A DNA stretch of 38,090 bases from Lama guanicoe (lineage: Eukaryota). Positions 24,690-35,585 of the stretch are shown here, piece after piece. The notes beneath the pieces were generated by a model. That model saw nothing but the letters and a program-made list of their open reading frames with translations. It was not told the origin of the DNA and did not search any database. Numbering within the stretch: position 1 is the first letter of the stretch; each line of letters begins with the position of its first letter. The stretch is from contig MU053561.1 of the NCBI GenBank assembly GCA_013239625.1, forward strand, positions 2,264,420-2,302,509, given 5' to 3'. The position numbers and the translations under genes were made by a program.

Positions 24690-27600
24690 CGACATTTTCC
24701 TAATACCATTTATTGAAGACTATTCTTTCTCCACTGAATATCCTTGGCTCCCTTGTCAAATATTAGTTGACCATACATGAGGGTTTATTTTTGGGCTCTC
24801 GATTCTGTTTCATAATAATAAAAATAGGTAATAGTACACATAATAATAGACAATAGGTCTAGTATCTATTTTTATGCCAGGACTATACTGTTTTGATTAG
24901 TATACTTTATAGTATAGTTTGAAGCAAGCAGTGTGATGCCTCTGGCTTTGTTCTTCTTTCTCAGGATTGTCTTGACTATTTAGGGTCTTTTGTGGCTCTA
25001 TACTAATTTTAGAATTGTTTTTTCTATTTCTGTGGAAAATGCCATTGGAATTTTGATAGGTGTTGCACTGAATCTATAGATGGCTTTGGGGAGTATGGAA
25101 ATTTTAACAGTATTAATCCTTCCAATTCATGAACATGGTTTATCTTCCATTTACTTGTATCTTCTCCAATTTCTTTCATCAAAATCCTGTCATTTCCAGA
25201 ATACAGATTTTTCATCTCCCTGGCTAAATTTATTCCTAATCATTATTGTAATTGATGCTATTATGAATGTGACTGCTTGCTTTCTTTTTCAAATAGTTTG
25301 TTGTTATTGTATAAAACATAACTTTTCTGTATGTTAATTTTTACATCCCATAACTTCACTGATTTCATTTATTAGTTTCAGTTTTCTGTGGAGCCCAGGA
25401 TTTTCTATGCATAAGATCATATTATCTGCAAAGACAATTTTACTTCTTCCTTTACAAGTAGTGAGAGTGGGCATCCTTGTCTTGTTCCTGATCTCAGAGG
25501 AAAAGCTCTCAACTTTTCACCACTGAGTATATTAGCTGTTGGTTTATCATACATGGCTTGTATTATGTTGAGGTATGTTCTTTCTATAACCAATTTATTG
25601 AGTTTTTGTCATAAAACAATGTTGTATTTTGCCAAGTGTTTTTTTCTGTGTCTATTGAGATGATCATCTGATTTCCATGTTTCAGTCCATTAACACAGGG
25701 CAGCACCTATACTCATTTGTGTATTTTGAGCCATCCGTGCATCCCAGAGATAAATCCTGTTTGATGACAACGTATGATTCATTTAATGTGACGCTGAATT
25801 TGGTTTCCTATACTCTCTTGAGAATTTCTGATCTATATTCATCAGATGGCTTGTAGTTTCCTTTACTTGCATTATCCTTATCTGGCTTTGATATCAGGGA
25901 AATTCTGGCCTGATTACATGAGTTTAGGAGTATTCCCTCCTGTTAGATTTTTTCAAGAGTTTGGAAAGGATTGGCATTAAGACATCCTTAAAAGTTTATA
26001 GAATTCACATGTGAAACCATCAGTCCTGGGCTTTTTCCTGTTGGGAGATGATGATGACGATGATGATGATGATGATTATCATTACTACTACTACTACTAC
26101 TAATTTAGACTTTCTCTTTCTTCATGATTCAGACTTGGTGAGTTGTTATGTTTCCAGGAATGTGTCCATTGCTTCCAATTTGTTGATGTATAGCTACTCA
26201 TAGTACCCCCTTATGATCTTTTGTATTTCTGCAGCATCAGTTGTAATGTCTCCTCCTTCATTTTGATTTTGAGTCTTTTCTCTTTCTCAGTTTAGCTAAA
26301 GATGTCAATTTTTTTTACCTGTAAAAAAAAAAAAAGCAGCTCTTAGTTTTGTTGATCTTTTCTACTTTTCTATTGTTTCTCTGGAGTCTATTCATTCCTG
26401 CTCTGACCCCTGACATTTCCTGCCTTCTGCTAACTTTGGGTTTAGTGCTTCTTTTTCTTAGTCCCTTGAGGTACAAAGTTAAGTTGTTTATTTAAGAGCT
26501 TTCTTTTTTCTTAATATAGACAACTACATAGCTAGAACTACTTTCTCCTAGAACTTCCATTCTAGAACTGCTTTTGCAGCATCCCACAGGTTTTGGTATG
26601 TTGTGTTTCCATTTTCTTTTGGGGTGGGGTGGAATCTTTAATTTTCTATTTGACCCACTGATTGTTCAAGAATGTGTTGTTTAATCTCAAAGTATTTGTG
26701 AATTTCCCAGTTTTCCACCTGTTATAGATTTCCAGTTCCTCTATGTACTTGATTTTTGACTGTTTTATTGTAATAAGTCTTGGAGAAGATCTCCTTAGGT
26801 TTAGTTTGTTTGGAGACCTATGAGGTGCATGAACTTGGATATCCAAATCTCTCCCAAATCACTATTTCTTTAAATAAACTTTCTGCCTCCTTCTCCCTCT
26901 CTTTTTCTGGAATGCCAAAATTCTTAAACTGGTTCTAAACATACCCATAGATCACACAGACTTTCTTAATTCTTTTTCATTATTTTTATTTGTTCTTCTC
27001 TGACTGTATAATTTCAAAGTTCCTGTCATGTCTCACAGATTCTTTCTTCTGCTTGGGCCATTCTGTTGTTGATGCCCTCTCTGCATTTTTTTTCCCCTTT
27101 GAGTCATTAAATTCTTCAGTTTCAGAATTTGTTTAGTTCTTTTTTTTTATGACTTCTTTGTTAACTTCACATTTTGTTCATGTATTGTGCTCTCGTTTTT
27201 GTTGAATTAATTGTATTCTCCTGTAACTCACTGAGTTTCCTTAAAACAGCTATTTTTGAATTCTTCATCAGGTAACTGTAGATCTCCATATCTCTAGGTT
27301 CAGTTATTGAAAGATAAATGTCATCCTTTGGTGGTGGCATGTTTCCTTGGCTTTTCATGTTTCTTGGAATTTTGTGTTGCTGTTTTCACATTTAAAGTAT
27401 CAGTCACTTCCTCCAGACTTTACTGCCTTCTGGGGAGAAATACCTTCCATGTGCCCCATTAAGAGATTCAGAGGCTTTCTCAGACTTTCTACAGATATAT
27501 TTGCTCCCTGTTTTTTGTTCCCTCTTGTGGAAGAATTCCTAAGTTTGTATGCTTCCTCTCAATCCTGTAATGCACCAGACCGAGTGCTGACAGCCTCTCT

Positions 27601-28470
27601 TTTGTATTCCCAAAGGTGGCACTGTGGCTCAAGTTTGCAGTCCCTCCCTGGCCCACAGACTGGGTATGCCAAAGCTTGCTCTCACCACTGCCTTCAGGAA
27701 CACGGAGAGCCAGCTGCAGAGTGAGAGGGTATATGAACGATGCATATGGGATGCTAGGGATGCCCATGAGTCTGTTAAAGGAATCCACAGGTGAGGTTTT
27801 CCTCGCAACTTGTGGTGGGCTTCTTGATGGCGTCCATGAAACAGTTAATAGGAATCATGTCCCTTTAATGTTCTCCAAGAGTCCTATCTGCCACTATCCC
27901 ACTCTTTTCTCGCCCCCTAGTCGTGGAGCTTATAATTAGTACTCTGGATGGACTGAGAGAGAAATGAGCCTCTTGAGCAGTATCCTGCACAAGTAGGGAA
28001 GCTGGATACTCACCTGCTCTCCCTTTCCCAAGCGGGAGAAATCACAGGCTGAGATAGGCTCTCTTGGCCCTAAGCTGTGCCACACTGGGGGAGGAGTGAT
28101 TCAGGTAAAGGCAAGCTGTTCCTTTCACCCACTCCAATGAGTCCAAACTCATATTTCTTCTGCTCCAACAGCTAGAACTTCTCCTCTGGAAACTGAGATG
28201 TCCACCAAGGTTCCCTCATTCATGAATGACCAAGTCAGAGGTCCAGACCATAGCCAAGAAAAGCTAGAGCTGGTTCACAGGCAACTGCACGGTCCACAGC
28301 TAGGTCAATTATCTGATGCACAGTTGAGTGAGACTCCTCCTAGGTCCCCTGGTGTATAGTGTTGGATACCACAGCACTCATAAAGGCATTTTTGTTCATA
28401 AACAGATGCCAGAATTTTTTTGGAGGGGGGGAATGATGTCTTATGCAGCCATGATGCTGATGTCACTCTT
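24690..28470 (-). mobile_element. L1 (L1MA/MB age) with 5'UTR, partial ORF1 and partial ORF2; internally deleted and 3'-truncated
   Basis: ORF1 N-terminus MKSQGNMPPPKD...KIAVLRKLSELQENT (27167-27358), ORF1 RRM motif in ORF 26646-26846, ORF2 motif MKNLYSGNDRILMKEIGEDTSKWK (25024-25215). GC-richer 5'UTR at about 27400-28470. Confidence 0.88.
26047..26102. repeat. Compound trinucleotide microsatellite (GAT)~10 then (TAC)6
   Basis: gatgatgatgacgatgatgatgatgatgattatcattactactactactactacta, read directly. Confidence 0.95.
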
Positions 28471-28514
28471 TCCTTAGCCCTTTATAAATCTTATTTTAAT
28501 ATTTATCATTTTCC

Positions 28515-28615
28515 TATGAGGTCCTTAAGCTCTTTGAGTTTAGGGCATTGTCTTACTCTCTGTTATATCCTTACTGTTTGAAACATAGTACTGAATAAAT
28601 ATTTGATGAATGATC
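28515..28615 (+). mobile_element. L2 3' end
   Basis: taagctctttgag...tgtcttact...acatagtactgaataaatatttgatgaatga. Confidence 0.55.
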
Positions 28616-28905
28616 ACATGGAGAGCCACCTTAATTCTCATTATGTACCTCAGATCCTATATCATTTCAAGCTGATCATCTACATTGATCATACTATTTC
28701 ATCCCCCTATAACAAATATGGTGCTGTGTAAGTTTCTGTTTCCTTCATGGAATCATTTTGACTATTATTTCTCTCATGTATGTTGTTTTTAACCAAGCCA
28801 ATTTTTATGATGTATTTCGAAAGCAAAAAAAAACCTTAACAAATTTTTGTTAATTCATTTCTCTCCTCCCTCAGGTTTCACCGATAGCCTGAAATTAAAA
28901 TCTAA

Positions 28906-29173
28906 GCACATGGAGACAGAAAGTAAATTTATGGTTACCAAAGGAAAAGGCAGGGGTGGTTGAGAGATAAATTAGGAGTATGGGATTAACACACTACTAT
29001 ATACATAAAATAGATAAGCAACAAGGATTTACTATATAGCACAGGAAACTATATTCAATATCTTGTAATAATCTATAATGGAAAATAATCTGAATATATG
29101 TAATTAAATCACTTTGCTATACATCTGAAGCTAACACAATATTGTAAGTCAACTATATGTCAATTAAAAAAAC
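28906..29173 (+). mobile_element. 5'-truncated artiodactyl-type L1 3'UTR insertion
   Basis: Similar to 925-1200 (ttatggttaccaa..., ataaaatagat..caacaagg, aatcactttgct). A tail present. Candidate TSD aattaaaatctaa (28893-28905) / aattaaaattcaa (29174-29186). Confidence 0.88.
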
Positions 29174-30124
29174 AATTAAAATTCAATTTTAAAAAGGCAC
29201 AGATGATGTAGACACAGATAATTAAACCATATATGTAAAAACTCATCTTAAAACAAATCTTATAAGACCTTCAAATTGTTTTGTTGCAGTTTAAAAATAC
29301 ATAATAAAAAAAGTAGTAAAATTGCTACCCCAGTATACAGGTTCTGAATAAAACAAAGCCCAGCCTTTCTGCAATAAGTCAGAGACTGAAAACGGGTATA
29401 AAGCTCAAAGGAAAAAGAAAACCATCATACATACTAGCTCCTCCTCCTTTCTTTAAGCTCCAGTATTTTACAAGGCTTTCACTTTCTGTCTTAGAAGGTG
29501 ATTTGGTATTTTAAGTAGTCCTTTCGATTGACTAAAAAAATATAAAGGATAAAAGTTGCATAGTTTTCTCATTATTCTAAAGATCCTCTCCCTAAAAATT
29601 ATATATAATCGTCAAAAAGTTACCATTAAATGGAGAGATCCCAAAGACAACACTAATATATTAGACTGTTCATTATGAAAAATCATCAGTGCAAAGCAAA
29701 ACATCACTACAGGTCATCTGTCAAGACTTGAAAAGAGTTTATATAAAATGTTATTTATAAAATGGTTTTGTTAAGTTATTCATTATTTGCCTGCAGAGTA
29801 AAATATCCTCCATTCAGGCTTTAGTGCAGCCCCTGGCCCAAAGCTGCTATTTTCACCGTAAGTATGTTCACCAAGTATCTTCACCAACACCTAAGGCAGT
29901 AAGACCCAGTAACAAATGCGATGGCCTCTTTATTCCAGGGAATTTCTCTAATCTCTGCCGTCCCATTTGCTGGTTTTGAACTTTCCTTTTCTTCTTATTT
30001 CTCTAATTTTTGTCTTATTGGCTCACATCTTCCTTCTCTGCCTGACAAACTGACACTTCAAACTGACAACTTGTTTCTGTGGGCTACCTAGGTTTATTTA
30101 GTTTCCCCCTAAGAAATTATTTCT

Positions 30125-30574
30125 TAAACTGAATGTTTGTGTCATTCAAAATTCATACTAATTGAATGTCTGTGCCCCTAAAAATTCATATGTTGAAACT
30201 CTAACCCCTCAACATGATAGTATCTGGAGATGGGCCTTCAGGAAATAATCAGGGTTAGATTAGGTCATAAGGGTGAGACCCTCATGATGGGATTAGTGGC
30301 TTTATAAAAAGAGAAAGACAGAAATAGATCTTTCTTTCTCAAACTTTCTCTGCCCTCCTACCACATCACTAAAAGCACAAAAGAAAGACCATTTGATGAC
30401 ACAGCAAGAAGGTGGCCACCTACAAGACAGGAAGAGAGCATTCACAAAAAACCAAATCCTGCTGGACCTTGATTTTGGACCTTCCAGCTTCCAAAACTGT
30501 GAGAAATAAATTTCTGCTATTTAAGCTGTCCAGTCTACGGCATTTTGTTATGGCAGCCCAAATAGACTAAGACA
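30125..30574 (+). mobile_element. MLT1A-type MaLR solo LTR with duplicated 5' segment
   Basis: tgaatgtctgtgccccta aaaattcatatgttgaaac...ccctcatgatgggattagtg...aactgtgagaaataaatttctg...ttttgttatggcagccc...gactaagaca. Confidence 0.88.
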
Positions 30575-30619
30575 ACCCCAGACCCTCAGCTCGAAGCCCT
30601 ATAGTCCACAAATTAACAA

Positions 30620-30820
30620 CAGCACAACAGTTTTTAATTTTAATGAAGTCCAACTTATCTATTGTTTCCTTTTGCGGTCTGTGCTTTTGATGTCAAATTC
30701 AAGAAATCATCGCCAAATTCAATGTCATGAAACTTTCCCCTAATTGTTCTTTCAAGAGCCTTATAGTTTTAGCTTACATTAGGTCTTTGACCCACTTCGA
30801 GTCAATTTTTTTATACAATG
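30620..30820 (-). mobile_element. Short L1 ORF2 fragment
   Basis: agtttttaattttaatgaagtccaacttatc...tgtgcttttgatgtc...aggtctttgaccca. Confidence 0.7.
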
Positions 30821-30983
30821 TCGTAGATAAAGTTTTTTTCTTAAGGAATTAAGTACTTTGAACAAAGGGAAGAGAACAAGAAGCAAAGACATGACAAATA
30901 ATGTTCAAGCTATAGTACAAGGCAGTGAAGCAAAGGAGGCCAGCAGTAACTTTTAGCCCTTCATTAAAATAATCCATATAACC

Positions 30984-31637
30984 TGCTGGGAAACAAGCTG
31001 CTAGAAAACAAGCTGCACCTAAATTTCCATGAGCTTAAAATATTATATTCACACTTGCTTAAAATGCACACACTTGCTTTGTTTTAATGTTTTATGCAGT
31101 AGATGACCTATAGTACGTATTATGCTTAAGAAAATTTGGGGTGAGCAATCCTGAGATTGACCATAAGGGCACGAAGGAGAGCAGATATTTCCTTAGGGTG
31201 AAACAATAGCTGGTCCTAGAAAGCCAGATCATCCATTACAGAACTTTGTTCTGGCATGAAAGCATGCTGTTTAACCCAAGGGTAGTATCTGCTATCTTGA
31301 GATGTCCCCGAGGCAATAACAAGATAGGTATAGAAATTTTGCATACCTGAGGAGGGTGATTGTTCCTGGAAGGGATAGGCCTAAAGTTAATCAATTAATC
31401 AGCAAGCAGAACGTGGTGCTTACTGCATGGAATATCTAAAGCCTCTCCTCTTTGACCACATTTTTTTCTGAGCTGTATACTCCTAATAAATATGATGTCG
31501 ACCAGGCTTTCGGGACCCTGGATCCAAGAGATCTTGAGGCCCCTGGTCCCATCTTTGCTCTTTACTTTGTCTCTTTGTTTCTTATGTCTTGCGTCACCCG
31601 TCCTCAGACACGGTCCCAAGCTGTGCTGCACACAGCA
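30984..31637 (+). mobile_element. Solo LTR, class II (ERVK/betaretrovirus-like), 654 bp
   Basis: Termini TGCTG...CAGCA, perfect 6-bp TSD ATAACC (30978-30983, 31638-31643), AATAAATA at 31485-31492, pyrimidine-rich U5-like ctttactttgtctctttgtttctt. Confidence 0.82.
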
Positions 31638-31643
31638 ATAACC

Positions 31644-31856
31644 TAGTATTTCTCAAATGCACTATGGACATTTGGGGCAAGATAATTCAAATCTTTTTTG
31701 TGTAGAACCACCAGGCACTGTGGAGTAGTCAGCATTCCTGGCCTCCATACACTAAATGCTATTAGTGCCACCTTTTCCATGGTGACAACCAAAAATGTCC
31801 CCATGTTTCCAAGAACCCTCTAAGGGGAGCATTACCAGCCCCTTTTAAACCCCTGT
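31644..31856. mobile_element. MER20-like hAT-Charlie remnant
   Basis: tttctcaa...gcactatggacatttggggcaagataatt...cagcattcctggcctcc...gtgacaaccaaaaatgtc...aacccctg. Confidence 0.7.
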
Positions 31857-32746
31857 ACAGAAAGTGCTGAAAGGGTAGACAAGAGTCTAGAAAGACTATT
31901 TATATCAACATTTCTAAATAGCACAACACAAGTAAGAAATTCGTCCCTAACTATAATACAAGTTACCTTAATAAACTTAGGGTTCTTTTCAGTTTACCTT
32001 ACCTTACTTAAGCTGTTTACATGTAATTCCCTATCTAAATTCAGGAATTCACCACTATATTGGTAGCAGAATCCCTTCTCTTCCCATAGAAACCAGGTTC
32101 AAGATACTTAATCTTTTTATCATCCAACGGCAAGGCAAGGGCCTATCACCTACACTTAGGCAATCATATGCTCTGGCTGGGACTACAGATCCAAGTGATA
32201 TAAAGAAACAAGAAGTCAATTTTAGAAATCACTCAGGAAGCAGAGGAATCCAGTGTTCAGCGGTAGCAAAGCCATAACTAGTGCTCAGTGACCAGCAGCA
32301 CTGACAGTGGTACACTAACTCTTCCTTAACCTTCACCACAGTTCTGCATACCTAGGTTCCCTTAATGACTGACTATACTTTAAACCTAGTTCTCCAGACT
32401 ATGTCATTTCTGAAAGTCAATCAATTTCCTTCCAACAAACACCTTTTCTGCACACATTACAGTTGGTTTCTACTATTTGTACCCAAGATTCCTCTCCTTT
32501 CTTTTTAATGTAAATGGAAAAGGAATTCTGGGACTATGATCTAAGCACATCTCTTTGACTCACTTCCTTCAAATCCTTCTAAGGCAATTCAACCAACGCA
32601 GAATGGAAAATTCTGACCCATCAACACCACTGAAAAGTAGGAGTCTCACCTACATGTTTAAAACCCCAAATTATTCTGAATATGGCATAAATGTGAACAA
32701 GGTAGAATGCAAACAACCAATAAATATGTTTAAAAAATATTTCAGT

Positions 32747-32840
32747 GGGGTGAGTCTAGCTCAGTGGTAGAGCGTATGCTTAGCATGGACAAGGTCCTGG
32801 GTTCAATTGCCAGTACCTTCATTAAAAATAGTAATAATAA
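32747..32840 (+). mobile_element. Short tRNA(Ala)-derived SINE, Vic-1-like (camelid)
   Basis: ggggtgagtctagctcagtggtagagcgtatgcttagcatggacaaggtcctgggttcaattgccagtacct: A box TAGCTCAGTGG, B box GGTTCAATTGCC, A-rich tail. Candidate TSD aaatatttca (32735-32744) / aaatattcca (32856-32865). Confidence 0.8.
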
Positions 32841-32879
32841 TTGTTTTAATGTTTTAAATATTCCACCTTACTAGTCATA

Positions 32880-33530
32880 AGGGGGAAAAAACTAAAATTG
32901 GCATTGGATTGGTAAAGATTTTTAAAATCTAACTATACCATGGTTTGCAAAGATACTGGTACAACTTCTTTGGAGACTAACTTAGCAACAAAATTTGGAG
33001 TCAATGATACACATACTTTACAACTCAATAATTCTATTACTAAGTTTTCACCTTGGAGAAAAAAAAAGTGCCCAAAGACACATGTACAAGAATGTTTTCA
33101 CAGTAAAAATATGGAATTAACCTAAAAAATCTATCAACACAGGCATATACAAACAATTTGAGGTTTAATCACACAATGGAATACAAGGTGAATAAAATAA
33201 CTGAACCAGAACCTAATATGTTAACATACGTAAATCATTTTTAAAACGCTGAATTAAAAAACTTGCTGAATGAGATATTTAATGTTTAAGAATATGCAGA
33301 ACAATATAACTATATGCATTTATTTGCATATATAATTTGTATCAATATATACATTACAGAAGTATAAAAGCATGTCCTGAGAAAGACAATGTCAAACTCA
33401 GGCTAGAGATTTACCTCAAAAAGGGTAATCCTCATCTAAAATAGAAAAATGTTAAGATCTGAAATAGTGGATACAGTGACATGAATATTATCTGTTAAGA
33501 CTTTTATGTATGCTTGTAACTTCTTAGAAA
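32880..33530 (+). mobile_element. Very old L1 3' fragment (L1ME-like)
   Basis: attggattggtaaagatttttaaaatc, catgtacaagaatgttttcacag, cacacaatggaatac. Confidence 0.55.
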
Positions 33531-35449
33531 TCAAGAATGATAGAAAGGACTTACACCAGGTATCAAAAAATACTATTACATACTATTATGAAACTATTAA
33601 AAGGGTGTTTCTTTGGGGAATAACCAGAAAGATCCATAGGGGATTTAAAGAAAAAACATTCTACGTATTCTGGGATATACTATCTTTTATTTAAATAATC
33701 CCCTGATGACAGACATACAGATCATTTACAATATGTCATGTTAAAGCTTCAGGGGACATTCTTAAATATTTCTCTGTGCACTGATGTAAAGATTTTCCAA
33801 AGATAAGTTTAGAAGAATTGCTGAATCAAAGAATGTGTACTTTAAATTAGTTAACATTACTAAATTATTCTTCACAAAAATTCTATTAATTTACGTTTAC
33901 ACCAACAGTGTAAGTGCAAGAGGAGCCAGCTGCTCAGTGTTTACTGCACCCTATATATTACCAACCTTTTTTAAGCAGAAGGAAAAACCTAGGTCATGAA
34001 AAGGTAAAATGTTTAATGGTATCACAAATTAACAGAAAAATAATTCACATTTTTACATACATCAAGTGAGTATAAACTTTATATCACATGCTACCTTACT
34101 GCAAAGTAACTGAGAAAGTCATGTATGCACATGTAAATTTATTATAAACTTACAAATATAACCCTATGAAGCTACATATAATTAGTTTTAGATACATGAA
34201 TACATACAATTGTGCCAGATCTCAATTTAGGACAATGATCTACATTTTTTTTTAGATGCCAGGGTCTGGTTACTTATTGAAAAAAGTTTCAGGACATTGC
34301 AACTCACTTCCATATAACCCAGTCCATATGCCAGAAATGCATAAATTAACGACATAAATGCATTTTAGGAAAAAAAGAAAAAAAGGAAAGGAAGAAATAT
34401 AACACTATAACGTACCTGAACTCTCAAAAAATGCCAATGACCAGAAAGCATATACCTGAGCCTCACCCTAGATGAAGTATCTCTAAGACTAGAATCTGAT
34501 TCCAAAAGATAACAATATATGCTTTAAGACAATGTTAAGATTTGAATCTAAGGTTTAAATTTTTCAGTACTGTCCAAGTAAAAATTAATCTTCTATAATA
34601 TTCTCCAATAACCTCAATACTGAGTACAATGCTTAGTACATCATAAACACTCAAAAACACTTGCTGAATAAATGAATGTGACCATTTTTTTAACAGTAAC
34701 ATCAATATCACTAAGCAGACACCAAGAGATCTGCAAAAGAGAGGTTGATATTACAGATATGTAAATGTCAAAAATGTAAGAGGAAAAACAATACACACAT
34801 TGTTCTTTGTAGTCTCCCGATGATTTCATATCCTTTTTCTTTTAACTATTTATATAACTTATCTATAAAGTTCTTATTAAGATATCGAGAACAAAAGAAC
34901 ACTTTCAATTGCATCTTTCAATATTAAGGTTAGGAAATTATAGTTCTAAATTAAAGAAAATTTTGCATCAAGAGTAGTAAGAGCCTTCACAGGATATGAG
35001 GTCCGAATTACTCAAGGACTCTTGTTTTACACAGAATCTTTCCTAAAGTCTTAGGTAACAAATCAATAAATGTAATTGTTAACTGAGCTCAAAAATGACA
35101 CCTAGAAACTGTAAATAGTATTACCTCAGGCCAGCATTAAAAATGTTCAATAAATTATACTTTTACACGTAGAAATAAGAATGTATAAAACAGCATTTCA
35201 ATAACTTATACTTTTTAAACTGGATTATATTTAAATCTATATAATAGACTTCATTATAGAAATGAATTCATCATTTATGAAATGATTTTTAAACCTTAAT
35301 TTTTATATGTAGAAATGACACTAATTCCTATTTAGAATGCACTGTATTTTCAAAGTATTTGTCATGTCTTGAACTAAATTACTACACATTCTTCAGCCTC
35401 TGCTTCATAAAATTACTAGTATTTCATATGCATGAGTTAGAATCTTTAA

Positions 35450-35585
35450 AGATTCAGTCAATTCCCTCATTTTGTAAATAAGGCACAGAGATGTTAAATA
35501 ACTTAACAAAATAGATCCAACAAGTAAGGATAACACTGAAACTAGAGCCCCTGTCTTTTAACACTGAGCCCAATGTCCTTTTAAA
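35450..35585 (-). mobile_element. MIR remnant
   Basis: ccctcattttgtaaataaggcacagagatgttaaataactt...actagagccc. Confidence 0.5.

Noticed and set aside
27347..27939. ORFs of 99-125 aa in the L1 5'UTR, including a possible ORF0 analogue
   Set aside because: GC-richer sequence has fewer stops. Several start at non-ATG codons, and I recognise no protein motif.
32747..32820. Functional tRNA gene
   Set aside because: Stem mismatches, an A-rich tail and a candidate TSD instead of an immediate oligo-T terminator indicate a SINE.
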